A stretch of DNA of 64,000 nt from Hemiscyllium ocellatum (taxonomy: Eukaryota): NCBI RefSeq assembly GCF_020745735.1, contig NC_083435.1, positions 36,729,090 to 36,793,089 of the forward strand, written 5' to 3'. Position numbers and translations under genes: made by a program. Positions 11,608 to 24,230 of the stretch are shown piece by piece. Within the stretch, counting starts at the first letter, position 1. Every line of letters begins with the position of its first letter. The notes beneath the pieces were generated by a model, which was not told where the DNA came from, made no database searches, and saw nothing but the letters and a program-made list of their open reading frames with translations.

Positions 11608-12719
11608 CGTGGCCAACCCATCAGTCCCTTAGTTTGACAGGGATCACACTCCCAGTCACCAAGGCCATTCTAACTCAAACCCCAATCAAACCCAGGGGAC
11701 TCTAACCTCAATCAAACTTCGGGGACCATCCCTCCCAAAGGACTTTCTGGAGGTATGTTGTCAGGGACCCCGCCTCCATTCCCATTTCCTTTTTTATCCT
11801 CAGAGGCTCTGTCCTTACCCTCGGTGCAGCCTATATTGAGTTTCTTCGTTAGTCCCTGATTAACTACTAGAAATCAATCCCAGCCACCAATGCAGTACTT
11901 AAAAGTCAATGTTCCTACCTTGGTCTGTGCATGGAGTTGCCTGGCCGTTCTCCGCATTCAGAGCTGGCTTTACTCTCCCCACTGCGTGGTTCTGAAGTCT
12001 CCTTTCAAAGATTCTTACCACCAACCCAAGGCACGAGACCGCTCCTCAACTGGGAATGGGACGCATCTTCTCAGTGTCCAGGGACAGCCTCTCCCTCCCA
12101 GCGATGGAAGATATCCCAGACCAGCCCCCAATTGTGGGAAATAGACCCCACTCACTTCAATAATTTCAGTCCGAGACAAGATCTGAAGCAGCAGTATTTC
12201 ACTCTCGTGGTCTATTTTTAGCGAATATCCTCCCTCACTGCCAGCTGCTTCCTTGCTTGCTAAAGCGATATTTCCTTTCAGTCTTTGCCCATCCTGAGCG
12301 TTATGACCTCCTGATTGTGGTCTGGTTTGTTTTTGCAGAAGCGGGAACCAGATGCTTGTACCTGTTTGGACAGACATATCGAGTTTAACCTACACCCCCT
12401 CCCCGTACAGCACATTATCTAATTGTCTATAACATCTACCATTGTTTACAGGCACATTTCATTCTTGTATGTACATTTTAGCTAATACAAAAACAGTTAT
12501 ACATTTCCTTCACATAGTTTTCATTCTTGTTAACTCAGCCCTTGGCTGAAACAATTATACACCGGTGTGAGTTCATTGACCTTGCATAAGTAATTATGGT
12601 TGCAGAAGCAACACTGCTTTACCTATATCCCATACATTCCTGGGTTCTTGGGGACAATTGTAACTGATCCCACTTGTTGGGAATTGATCCCTGCAGTACA
12701 GGGACAGGGACAAAACCTC

Positions 12720-12958
12720 CACACCATCTCTCCAACAAGCATCCCACCCAGACTGACTGTATAACCCTGCATTTCCCATGGCCAATCCACCTAACCTGCA
12801 CACCTTTAGACTGTGGGAGGAAACTGGAGCACCCACAGGAAACCCACACAGACACAAGGAGAACGTGCAACTCCACACACACAGTTCCTAGAGGCTGGAA
12901 TTGAGCCCAGATCCCTGGTGCTGTGAGGCAGCAGAACTAACCACTGAGCCACTGCACC
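12720..12958 (-). mobile_element. tRNA-derived SINE
   Basis: Reverse strand gtggctcagtggttag head and conserved body. Confidence 0.85.
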
Positions 12959-12964
12959 AACAGG

Positions 12965-14070
12965 TTGATGTCTGAAGGATTGTGTGGGTCTGGTGCACAT
13001 TGTACAAGGTTCCCCTGCAGGAAGCACTGAGCCTTCAGCCCACAGACCAGATGGGGACAGAAACCGATGAAATGGAGGCTCCCAACATGGATGTGACTGG
13101 AGCCAGGCCCTGTGGAGCAGCTGAGGAAACCCCGCCTGCAGCTGCCAGGGCAGCTCGAGAGCAGCTGGGGGCTGATGGATTTGGACATTGAGAAGGAGAA
13201 TATCCCTCTCCCTCCCCCAGGAAATCAGAGAGAAGAGCAGTGGAGATGGAGGGAAACAAGGGACATTTTAGTTCAGCAGCAAATAGACTTTGCAGGATGT
13301 TTGTGGGAGATATTACTGAACGGAGTCAATTTCATGTGCTCAGGTCAAAACCTTTCAGATCATTTATATTAATGAGCAGTTTCTCTACTTAGTAAACTGT
13401 TGCAATGACATGTCATTTAAAATTGTTTTGTACAATTTGAAATTATTCCAGGCCAATCTATAAATAAAAAAGGACTCCAACAGAACAGGTATATTTAGTA
13501 ATATGTCACTCCTTAAATAAAACATTTCCCCAAAGTGAAACAGTAAAAATTCACCTTCTCATCAGTGCCTGACAATGACTCTTACAGGGGCAGGAGGGGG
13601 GGCAGGTAAAGCTGACTTGCCCAGTTAGAGCTACCACCCTCATGCCTCCTGTATCTCCCCCTGTGCCCATGTCCTGCCCCCCTCCTGTCCCAGAGACATG
13701 CCCAGCAGCTGAGAACTCCTCCCTGGGGAGCTGCTGGCCAGAAGCTGCATCCATGAGAGCTCCAGCTGCTGTCCCGTGGGCCTGCCCTGTTTCTGTACTC
13801 GGAGCTGGCAGGAGGCCTTCTATTGGGCTGCTTTGTATTCCTGCCCGAGCAGCTGTCTCCAACTGCTGGGTTTGTATTAGCCTCTGGTTAGGGGGCCTTG
13901 CAGCATCCTCCATGTGGCCAGAAGGATTGAGATGGGTCTGCTTTGGATCAGGCAATGCATCAGGAATGCTTTTTCTCCAAAGGCCCAGCTGCTGAGTAGC
14001 CCTTGTCTGAACCTCCCCCATCTCCTGTGTGGAAGTCATTTTGTCACCTACTAATTGTGTGGAAACCATG
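12965..14070. mobile_element. Decayed Harbinger-like DNA transposon
   Basis: + strand IVWVWCTLYKVPLQ..acidic..AARAAREQL resembles Harbinger transposase C-terminus (CCxLHN..AREAL); convergent low-complexity - strand frame 13551-14069. Confidence 0.45.
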
Positions 14071-14395
14071 TTATCACATAACTCAGCGCCACAACCTGAA
14101 GAAGGCCTTTTTTACCTCTGTCAAGGAATCCTCAGCAGCAGGACACAGGGAGCAGCTGGGCTTTAACTCTGGGGCATGTCACAGTGTGAGATTAGAATGG
14201 AAAAGCAGGATGGTCACACAGACCATTCACTTTGATGCAGTAAAAGGTTGGGTTGCTGCAGAATTCAGCAGCAGGGCAACCGAATGTGGAACAGATCCTG
14301 TGCATGGATACTCCAGCACATAACTGTGGAAGGAATCCCATGGAACAGGGATTGTCTTGTTATGGAAGTGACATGAATTCATCTGCCTTTTACAT

Positions 14396-14458
14396 TGTGT
14401 GTGTCTGTGTGTGTGTCTGTGTGTGTGTGTGTGGGTGTCTGTGGGGGTGTGTGTGAGA
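14396..14458. repeat. (GT)n microsatellite
   Basis: Direct reading. Confidence 0.9.
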
Positions 14459-14924
14459 GAGATGCAAGCTTGATTTGATTTATTATTGTCACATGTATCT
14501 AAGTTGGCTCGTGTAGACTCAGACCGTTCCCTTGCTCTCTCTCCATGGGTGCTGTCTGACCAGGATTTGTTGTTTTCAGTCCAGGTCCCAGCATCTGCAG
14601 GAATTTGCTGACAGTGGAAAGTGTTGGTTTGTGTGCAGTCCAGGCAGATGATACCATACAAAGACCATGTGGTGATTGAACAGGTCTCATTTCCCCCTCC
14701 TTACAAAACATGTGATCACTCAGGCAACTTTCATCCAACACCAAGGTGAGTGTTTTCCAGGTTTCTGGGGGATCTGTGAGTGATCACAATTCTCACGATA
14801 TCATAGAATCGCACAGAATAGGACAAGGGCCCAGTGGGGTCTCTCTCTGACTTTTTGGTGATAACTATCATCCCGGCTGCAGGTGGCTGTGGCGCTGGGG
14901 GTTTAGAGAAACTATTCTTCATGA

Positions 14925-15125
14925 ACAAAGTTACAAATCACACAACATCAGGTTATAGTCCAACAGGTATATTAGGAAGTACTAGCTTTCAGAGCGCTGC
15001 TCCTTCTGTGGTAGCTGTGGAACAGGATCATAAGACACAGAATTTACAGCAAATGATCTCAGTGTCATGCAACAGAAACGATATTTTGAACAAACTTAAA
15101 TTGTTGTTGAGTCTTTCATCTTTTC
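14925..15125 (-). mobile_element. Penelope-like pLTR fragment with decayed hammerhead
   Basis: acacaacatcaggttatagtccaacagg..actagctttcagagcgctgctcctt; same family as 16505-16600 (+). Confidence 0.5.
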
Positions 15126-15379
15126 GATTGGAGCGAGCCACATCGTATTCTTGATGGAGCAACACCACCACCTTGTGGCTGACGTCGGTACTCTACGAAT
15201 TTATTCCTTTCCTGCATTACCAGCTCTGGGCTGTTGGTGGTGCTATTGTCCGTCTTCCACATTCAAGCCACCGCATTGCCATCGTTGATTATGAACAAAT
15301 ACAATTTGTCAGATAAAGAACTTCCCTATTCTACAGGCATGACCCTGAACTTCTAGTCACATGGTTTCAATTGACTCAA

Positions 15380-15780
15380 TCTCATTCCAACTTCTCCTTT
15401 ACAATAGCTTGAGAGACAGCAATATCTCATCTTTCTATTTGCAACCTTCCAGACTCAACATCAAATTCAACAATTTTACTTCCAAATTGCCGACACCATT
15501 GTTTTTGGGTGATGTGTTTTGGCGATGTTTCTGTGATTCCTATCAATATGCCATTGAAATACACCTTTACATGTCCCACTGCTATTTCCTCCTGCCTTGC
15601 TCTCACCATCACTTCACCATTTCGCCTTCCGCTCTCTGCCCTGTCTTCTTTCTGCATTGCCTCCTGTTCTTATCGCACCACCGCATTTTTCCCTGCGGCT
15701 CCACAAACATAGAATCTGCAACATTTTTGGCCTTTTCCCAGTTCTGATCAAAGTTCACAGAACTGAAACGTTTTGATTTT
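15380..15780 (+). mobile_element. Penelope-like 3' fragment
   Basis: LQPSRLNIKFNNF matches the GIY-YIG ORF end (cf. LQPQGMNSDF at 22.4 kb); ctgatcaa..gaaacgtt core remnant. Confidence 0.55.
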
Positions 15781-16039
15781 GTGAAAGTGCGATCCATTGG
15801 ATGTGATCGACACTGACAGAATGCCGCAGTTCCGTTTGTCGCCAGGAGGTGGCAGCCCTGTACCATCAGCGTCACCTGCGGGATAATGTTTTGCTTGCAG
15901 TACCAGACACCACCAGCAGGTGGACATATTGCACCGACTGGGACAAAACTGTTCAGATCCATTCAATGTGACAGGAGGCACAGAGGGGAAAATTGTCTAG
16001 AAATACCGCACCTTAAAATCCAATGGTCTTACCGTCCCT

Positions 16040-16440
16040 GAATCCACCAGGACCAACATCCTTGGGGTTACCATTGACCAGAAACACCACTGGACTCAGC
16101 ACATACACACAGAGGCTACAAGAACAGTCAGAGACTCGGAATACTGCGGTGAGTAAGTCACCTCCTGACTCTCCAACACCTCTCCATTACCTACAAGGCA
16201 CAAGCCAGGAGCCCTCTTACCTGGATAGGTGCAGCTCCAACAACACTCAAGGAGCTTGACACCTTCCAAACCCACGGCCACTTCCATCAGGAAGGAGATG
16301 GGCAGCAGATATACAGGAACACCACCACCCTCAAATTCCCCTCCAAGCCATTCACCATCCTGATTTGGAAATATATTACTGTTCATTCACTGTCACTGGG
16401 AGAACATTCTGGAATTCCCACCCTCAGGGCACTCACCCCA
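16040..16440 (+). mobile_element. Non-LTR retrotransposon RT 3' fragment (second LINE family)
   Basis: ggggttaccattgaccagaaac..tacaaggcacaag; same family as 36950-37150. Confidence 0.65.
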
Positions 16441-16598
16441 TTTGGATGATGTTTTGATCTCTGCCCTTGGCTTCCTGCCCATAAATTCTGTTTCCTGTGC
16501 TTCCCTCTCACTCCACCTGACCAAGGGCTGATGCTCCAAACACCAGTGATTCCGAAGGAACCGATTGGACTCTAACCTGGTGTCATGGGAATTCTGAC

Positions 16599-16922
16599 AG
16601 TAACCTGGGACACACCCGGTCTATCATTAACCAGGGTCAGTAACCTGGGATACACCCGGTCTATCACTAACCTGGATCAGGAACCTGGGACATAACTGGT
16701 CTATCACTAACCAGGGTCAGTAATCTGGGACACACCCGATCTATCACTAACCAGGGTCAGTAACCTGGGACAGACCCAGTCTATCACTAACCAGGGTCAG
16801 TAACCTTGGACACACCCGGTCTATCACTAACCTGGATCAGTAACCTGGGATACACCCGGTCTATCACTAACCAGGGTCAGTAACCTGGGACACACCTGGT
16901 CTATCACTAACCAGAGTCTGTA
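16599..16922. repeat. 40-bp minisatellite, about 8 copies
   Basis: Unit cagtaacctgggacacacccggtctatcactaaccagggt. Confidence 0.95.
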
Positions 16923-17049
16923 ACGTGCGACCCTGTTTTACTCGTGGTTCTGCCCAAACCATTGTCTCCCTGACCTTTGTCCTGGAACAGTAACCGAGGA
17001 GACAGCAGGTTTATCTCAGAGAAAGATAAAGTGGAATAAAGTCAATGTG

Positions 17050-17345
17050 AACATAAGGAAACGAAGTCTCGGACACCACACATCACATGACAGGCGAGAC
17101 AAAGACACACACGAGAATCCTTAGAGACACGGCACTCGAACCAGAACTCCATCAATAAACACATCCATTTCGATCCTATCGACCTACCCTTGAATAAAAG
17201 AACCGGAAATGACATCACCCACCTTATAAACAGAGAGACAGGACATCCCACCGGGGCTTCACCGGAGACTCTCACTGAGGGTGTGACTGCATATGCTGAT
17301 GAAACATCTGAAAACAAGCCTTCCAGCTCAGTGAGCTAACTTACA
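17050..17345 (+). mobile_element. Penelope-like 3' end, degenerate
   Basis: Homologous to reverse complement of 32570-32910 (atcaataaacacat..ggaaatgacatcacc..gaaac). Confidence 0.7.
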
Positions 17346-17799
17346 GACTTATCATCAAACTGAGCTACAAATCTTCTCAAAAACCGCTAAGGTGCTGAAG
17401 TGTTCCTTTTTGCCAGAGAACATCTGGAGAGAGATATTGAGGAGAAACTCCTGCCCAGGGAACACCTGGAGTGAGGAATTCAGGATAACCTGGGGCAGGT
17501 CTATGGTTCACCACCAGAACCAGGAAAGGTGTTGGGTGAATGAATCCAGATTGAAATGAAGAGAAACAGGAATATTTGGGAGGATGAAGTGTGAGACCAT
17601 GGGGGACAGTCACTGTGTGAACAGTCTCTCTGTCAAACAGGGGGATGGACAATCCCGAGCAGGATCCCCACTGTCCTTCACTGAGCTTTTTAATCAGCCC
17701 TTTATACACGGCCAGTAGGATGTTGGTGTCTGAGATAACCCGGCCTATTCAACCAAGAGGGCATCACAGCTGGGCCTAGGCTGGGTAGTGAGTTTTATT

Positions 17800-18592
17800 C
17801 AGATAAAGTTGATGTGTTGAATTTTGGGAAAGCAAATCTTAGCAGGGCTTATACACTTAATGGTAAAGTCCTAGGGAGTGTTGCTGAACAATGAGACCTT
17901 GGACTGCAGGTTCATAGCTCCTTGAAAGTGGAGTCGCAGGTCGATAAGTTAGTGAAGGTGTTTGGTATGCTTTCCTTTTTTGGTCAGATTATTGAGTACA
18001 GGAGTTGGGAGATCATGTTGCAACTGTACAGGACATTGGTTCAGCCATTTTCAGAAGATTGCATACAATTCTGGTCTCCTTCCTTTCATGAGGATGTTGT
18101 GAAACTTGAATGATTTACAAGGATGTTGCCAGGGTTGGAGGATCTGAGCTATAGGGAGAGGCTGAACAGGCTGGGGATGTTTTCCCTGGAGTGTCGGAGG
18201 CTGAGGGGTGACCTTATCGAGCTTTATAAAATCATGTGGGACATGGATAGGATAAATAGGCAAAGTATTTTTCCTAGGATGGAGGAGCCAGAACTAGAGG
18301 ACATGGTTTTAAGGTGAGAGGGAAAAGGAATAAAAGAGACGTAAGGGGCAATGTTTTCCCACAGAGGGTGGTGCGTGTATGGAATGAGCTGCCAGAGGAT
18401 GTGGTGGAGGCTGGTACAATTGCAACATTTAAAAGGCACCTGGATGGGTATATGAATAGGAAGGGTTTATAGAGGGATATGGGCCAAGTGCTGGCAAATG
18501 GGATGAGATTAGTTTGGGATATCTGGTCAGTGTGGACAGCTTGGACTGACAGGTCTGTTTCCGTGTTGTACATCTCTATAACTCTATGACTG
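17800..18592 (+). mobile_element. 5'-truncated CR1
   Basis: ORF2 C-terminal remnants and (ctctatgact)-type tail. Confidence 0.9.
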
Positions 18593-20244
18593 ACTAAGTG
18601 TCTAAGTGACTGATTCCTTGCTTATTCCCTGTTCTGAGAGGCTGCAGCAACTAATTCTGACCCAGTTGAATCTGGCTCTGTTTATAATATCAGACAGGAC
18701 TCTGACAGTGTGATGATGTGGTGAATTATTGGTGCTTGTCACTGTCACTGTACGGATGGGACCTCACTTTGTACTGAGAGGAATGTGGATGAGTGTTTGT
18801 TAAAATGTCCCTTTAATTTTTGTTTTCCAGACAGCAATTTCAGGTACTGAAGATTTTCCTGTTGTAACAAAAGTTGCCATGGTGAATGGAGTTAGAGTTA
18901 ATTATCATGACTGTAATATTCAATAAACACTGGTCAGGCAGCAATTCATGGCAGAATCTTCCAATCAGTCAGACTGGAAGTAAATCACAGCATTTGGAAA
19001 CAATCATTCAAACTTCACCAAGAAATATCTGTGTACAATAAAGAAGAGCATGAACCAGACACCAGGGGAGAGAATTGATTCAGAAACTCCCCCTGGTCTG
19101 TCCGGTGTTCCCAGTCCCATAGCCAGACTCCACACTGGAATACCATGAGTTATGGACACAGGGCAAGTTCTTCTGTTCTCTCTCTTTTTCCTGAAGAAGA
19201 TATTTGGAAAGTTGTGATGCACTGAGGAAGGTCAGGAGGTGGGTTTGGGATCAAGTGGGCACCTGGTTGGATGGTTAAGATTGTCCAGGGATGAGCAGCT
19301 TGTTGGATAATTCCTGTCATCCCACTGGATCTCAGTGTCTATTCATATAGCAAAGCTGGGAATGGGAACTCGATCTTAACTAGGATTACGGAATGGGCAG
19401 TGTGGATCCAGGAGGCAGTGTGAACAGGGAATAGAAATCTCTGTAGGAAGTGTTTCTGAGAGATAAAGAAGGGGAGATGATCAAGGACAGAGTCAGTCCC
19501 TCGTGGAGAGAGACCGTGAGGGGAATCAATCGGCAGAAATGAATGTGCCGGAGTGTTTGCTGGAGAGGATGGCTCCCTGGTCCTGTTCAAACTGCCAGGG
19601 CTCAATCAAGATAATTAATTCCACACCTGCGCGGTCCAGCTCTAACTGACCAATCAGCTGATGAAACTGATGGGTTGGTGAAGGGGGGGGCTCCTGTCTG
19701 ACCAACCTCACTGACTGTGAGGGGGAGCTGACTGACACGGTGTGGAACAGGTTGGCTTTGGATCTGGTCCATATGGAGTTCCAGACGTTCATTGCTAAGG
19801 TTCCACACCACACAATTATTGACCATAAGAAGACTGTCGGAAATTGGAGGGGGTCAGGCAATGCTGAAATAAATCAGAACAATAGGGTTCCATTCAGCCG
19901 ACACAGCCAAGAATCTCAGAATTGACTCTCAACTAACGCGACTTGGAACATACACTACAATGACCACAATGTTCAAATTTTCATTATTTGTGAATAATTC
20001 AGAGATGGATCTACTTTTTAAAAAAAATTCATCTTACTTCTAAACTCTTATCATGTGTGTTGCGTCCCGATTTTCTCTTGTAGTTAATATTAAATATACT
20101 CAGTTTTTATTAATGCTGGATACTCTGATTACATCAGAAAAATATCAGTACATTCAGGTGATTAACCAGGGCTGAATGCAGCCACACACAGACACAGACA
20201 CAAGGGCAGATACAGATGCACAAACATTGGGCCCAGTCCCTTAC

Positions 20245-20523
20245 CCCACTGATAGAGCTTGCCCTCTGCCAGGCTGCTGTGTTCAATTTGACAGGAGTAT
20301 TGATCCTCATCCCCAGCATTGATCTCAATCTCTTTCTGGATCTGATGGGTCCCATCGTGGTTCGGTCGAACCCCCGAGGATTGGGTCTCAGACATGACCT
20401 CTCCATTCCTTAGCCAGGTCACCTCGATGTCTGCAGGATAAAACCCAGTGACCAGGCAGGAGAGAGTGAGCGGCTTGTCCTGACCATTGGGCTCCCTCCT
20501 GGAGATGAACACTTCAGGCTGAA
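20245..20523 (-). CDS. MHC class I alpha3 (Ig C1) exon, frame intact
   Basis: cccatcacag|...|gtaagg, 279 nt, phase 1-1; LSCLVTGFYP, VTW, PNHDGTHQ, YSCQIEHSSL. Confidence 0.93.
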
Positions 20524-20635
20524 CTGTGATGGGAAAGGGTGAAAACACAAACAACAGACAGACACTGAATGGAATGGGAGAACGGTTTCATAGATCAGTG
20601 AGGTTAGATCAGAACATTGAAACTAAAATACGTAC

Positions 20636-20897
20636 CTTTCCTTGTGAAATATTCCTTTCCAGCTTTCAAGTATTGCTTCAAACATTGAACAGACACACCC
20701 AGCAAATATCGTTCCCAGTATTTGTTCCAAGATTCATCCGAATCTCATTTCTTCTTCGCCTTTTGTGCAAAGTGATTTGCGGCAACCCATCTCATCCTGT
20801 CTGGTTCTAAACTAATGTAGTCCTTTCTATCAAATCCAAATTGTATTGACCTCATCACTGACCTCAATGGAACATATCCATTGCAGAGTGTGAATTC
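20636..20897 (-). pseudogene. MHC class I alpha2 exon, disabled
   Basis: ctgacag|GIHTLQW..(frameshift)..QFGFDRKDYISLEPDRMRWVAANHFAQKAKKK*DSDESWNKYWERYLLGVSVQCLKQYLKAGKEYFTRK|gtacgt; 262 nt (not a multiple of 3); TGA at 20745-20747. Confidence 0.9.
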
Positions 20898-21487
20898 CTG
20901 TCAGTGACCAAGCAGGGATCAATCATCAGTAATTAATAGATAATCACCCACTGTCTGATCAGAGAGGAAAGGGGGTGCAGTATCAGACTGAAATAAAGAG
21001 ACCAGGAGTTGGTGGGGATTTGTTGCAAATGACCATAATCACAAAACACCGATAATGTTGGTTTGACATTGAGACAAAGCCTGGATCTTACAGTAAGCCA
21101 GGTTTGCATTCCATCTTGTACCCAATCTCCACTGCACAATAAGGAGGAGAAATGTGTGCCAGTTCTCTGACAGAGAGTGCAGTACATTTGTTCTGTTTGG
21201 TCTTTGGAGGTAAGATGTACTTGTGGCTAAGGTGAGGCCCTTCAGGAGGTAGATGCATTAATCAGGCATTGTAGGGTCAATGATGAGACACATTCACTAT
21301 CAAACTACTCTTCACTTACAGCTCACCCCTTGACCAACAATATACAGCCTCAAACAGGAAACCTGGCTAGCATGGATGAGTTGGGCTGAAGGGTCTGTTC
21401 ACTGTATGATTCTTTGAATCTATGAGCAATCATGTCCATTCTATTGAACAGGACAATTTCACTTCTTGGAAGCAGAACAGATATTGA

Positions 21488-21780
21488 TACGGTGGCTCAG
21501 TGGTTAGCACTGCTGCCTCACAGCACCAGGAACCCAGGTTCGATTCCAGCCTTGCGTGACTGGATGGAGTTTGTACATTCTCTCCGTGTCTGTGTGGGTT
21601 TCCTCCGGGTGCTCCGGTTTCCTCCCACAGTCCAAAGATGTGCAGGTCAGGTGAATTGTGCAGAGTGTTAGGTGCATTAGTCAGAGGGAAATGGGACTGG
21701 GTGGTTTACACTTCGGAGGGTCGGTATGGACTTATTGGGCTGAAGGGCCTGTTTCCACATTGTAGGGAATCTAATCTAAA
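21488..21780 (+). mobile_element. tRNA-derived SINE with intact Pol III boxes
   Basis: A-box TGGCTCAGTGG 21493-21503, B-box GGTTCGATTCC 21537-21547, tail aatctaatcta. Confidence 0.9.
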
Positions 21781-22042
21781 AAAACCAGTGTTGCTTGTAG
21801 TCACCAATTCTCAAATGTATTATAAAGTTCTCATGACTACACAAGGTCTCTGAGCTGTTTCCCTCTCACAGTGAACTGTAAGTATGTGATAACATGTGCA
21901 CTGACATTCACTGCTGTCTTTCATGGTGACAGATGGGATGGGAGCTGGGTTGTAACATGGAGGACGTATTCATCCCATGGTTATAATATCCCAATGTTTG
22001 TGAGTGCCATAACTTATGTTGGGTGTAATGTGTCACAGCTGA

Positions 22043-23487
22043 AAATGTGTTGCTGGTTAAAGCACAGCAGGTCAGGCAGCATCTCAGGAATAGGAAATTC
22101 GACGTTTTGAGCATAAGCCCTTTATCAGGAATGAGGAGAGTTTGCCAAGCAGGCTAAGATAAAAGGTAGTGAGGAGGGACTTGGGGGAGGGGCGATGGAG
22201 GTGGGATAGGTGGAAGGAGGTCAAGGTGAGGGTGATAGGCCGGAGTGGGGTGGGGGCGGAGAGGTCAGGAAGGAGATTGCAGGTTAGGAGGGCGGTGCTG
22301 AGTTGAGGGAACCGACTGAGACAAGGTGGGGGGAGGGGAAATGAGGAAACTGGAGAAATCTGAATTCATTCCTTGTGGTTGGAGGGTTCCCAGGCGGAAG
22401 ATGAGGCGCTCTTCCTCCAGCCGTCGTGTAGTTGTGTTCTGCTGGTGGAGGAGTCCAAGGACCTGCATGTCCTCGGTGGAGTGGGAGGGAGAGTTAAAGT
22501 GTTGAGCCACGGGGTGGTTGGGTTGGTTGGTCCGGGTGTCCCAGAGGTGTTCCCTGAAGCGTTCCGCAAGTAAGCGGCCTGTCTCCCCAATATAGAGGAG
22601 GCCACATCGGGTGCAGCGGATGCAATAGATGATGTGTGTGGAGGTACAGGTGAACTTGTGGCGGATATGGAAGGATCCCTTGGGGCCTTGGAGGGAAGTG
22701 AGTGTGGAGGTGTGGGCGCAAGTTTTACATTTCCTGCGGTTGCAGGGGAAGGTGCCGGGGGTGGAGGTTGGGTTGGTGGGGGGTGTGGACCTGACGAGGG
22801 AGTCACAAAGGGAGTGGTCCTTGCGGAACGCTGATAGGGGAGGGGAGGGAAATATATCCTTGGTGGTGGGGTCCGTTTGGAGGTGGCGGAAATGACGGCG
22901 GATGATACGTTGTATGCGGAGGTTGGTGGGGTGGTAGGTGAGAAACAGTGGGGTTCTGTCTTGGTGGCGGTTGGAGGAGCGGGGCTCAAGGGCAGAGGAG
23001 CGGGAAGTGGAGGAGATGCGGTGGAGGGCATCATCGATCACGTCTGGGGGGAATCTGCAGTCCTTGAAGAAGGAGGCCATCTGGGCTGTGCGGTGTTGGA
23101 ACTGGTCCTCCTGGGAGCAGATGCGGTGGAGACGAAGGAATTGGGAATATGGGATGGAGTTTTTACAGGGGGCAGGGTGGGAGGAGGTGTAGTCCAGGTA
23201 GCTGTGGGAGTCAGTCGGTTTATAGTAGATGTCTGTGTTGAGTCGGTCACCCGAGATAGAGATGGAAAGGTCTAGGAAGGGGAGGGAGGAGTCTGAGACA
23301 GTCCAGGTGAATTTGAGGTCGGGATGGAAGGTGTTAGTAAAGTTGATGAACTGTTCAACCTCCTCGTGGGAGCACGAGGCAGCGCTGATACAGTGATGAA
23401 CGGTTCAACCTCCTCGTGGGAGCACGAGGCAGCGCCGATACAGTGATGAACTGTTCAACCTCCTCGTGGGAGGATGAACTGTTCAAC
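22043..23487 (-). mobile_element. Penelope-like element: RT C-terminus, GIY-YIG endonuclease, pLTR
   Basis: 271-aa ORF 22265-23080 with CNRRKCKTC, IIYCIRC..YIGETGR..RFREH, LQPQGMN; pLTR with hammerhead relic near 22095-22130. Confidence 0.9.
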
Positions 23488-23789
23488 TTCAACCTCTGTA
23501 ATGTATCAGAGGTGCATGTAGATGCATTGCACAGCCTTCTCCTTGGAAGACCCATGATCACTGTATTGCAGTCTGTACTCAAACCTCATTGTTGTTTGGT
23601 GCAACCATTCAGGCATCACATGACTGAGAAGCTGTACTATTTCTAATATTTCCCACATCGAATCATCACAACCATCCAGAAAGGGTCCAGCAATGAAGAT
23701 ACTAGTGTTTTTTTGGCATTGTCCAAAGACAGAACAGAAAAATTCAGGTGCTAGAAAGCTAAGAGCGAGTCTCAGGCCAGAATAACATC

Positions 23790-24230
23790 CAGCAACTATC
23801 AAGAATGGCTAAACAGGTTTAACCTGTATCCATTCGGGTTTACTAGAATGGGAGGTGATAGTATTGAAACATACCACATTTTGAGAGTGGGTAAATGTTC
23901 AGAAGGCATTTTCATTAATTGGGAATCTTGAACAAGGGGGCATAGTTACAGAAAAATGAGACACTCATTTCGAATGGAGGTGGAAATGAATTTCTTCTCC
24001 CAGAGGATGGTGAATGTCTGGAATTCTCTATCCCAGAGATTTACAGAGGCTAGAATACTGAAAACATTTAAAAAGTGGAGGGAGATAGGTTTTTGAAATA
24101 GTAGGTAGCTGAGGGTGATGAGGAGATGAGACCTGAGACAGATCAGCTATGACCTTGTAAATGACAGGCCAGGCTGAAGAAGGGGCTAACTGCTTCCTGC
24201 TGCTCCGATTTCTCATATTCTCGTGAAATC
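23790..24230 (+). mobile_element. Degenerate CR1 3' fragment
   Basis: ggctaaacagg..tctggaattctcta..tgcttcctgctgctcc. Confidence 0.65.

Noticed and set aside
12050-12310. Third gag matrix copy (KYCCF on the - strand)
   Set aside because: Five-residue match with stops around it; too weak
19707-19833. TM exon for the - strand class I gene (VFLWSIIVWCGTLAM..)
   Set aside because: 127 nt breaks phase 1-1, weak donor, no basic stop-transfer, no similarity to the TM exon at 2690
21488-21560. tRNA gene (also at other SINE heads)
   Set aside because: A and B boxes continue into a SINE body with a CR1-like tail; no complete cloverleaf
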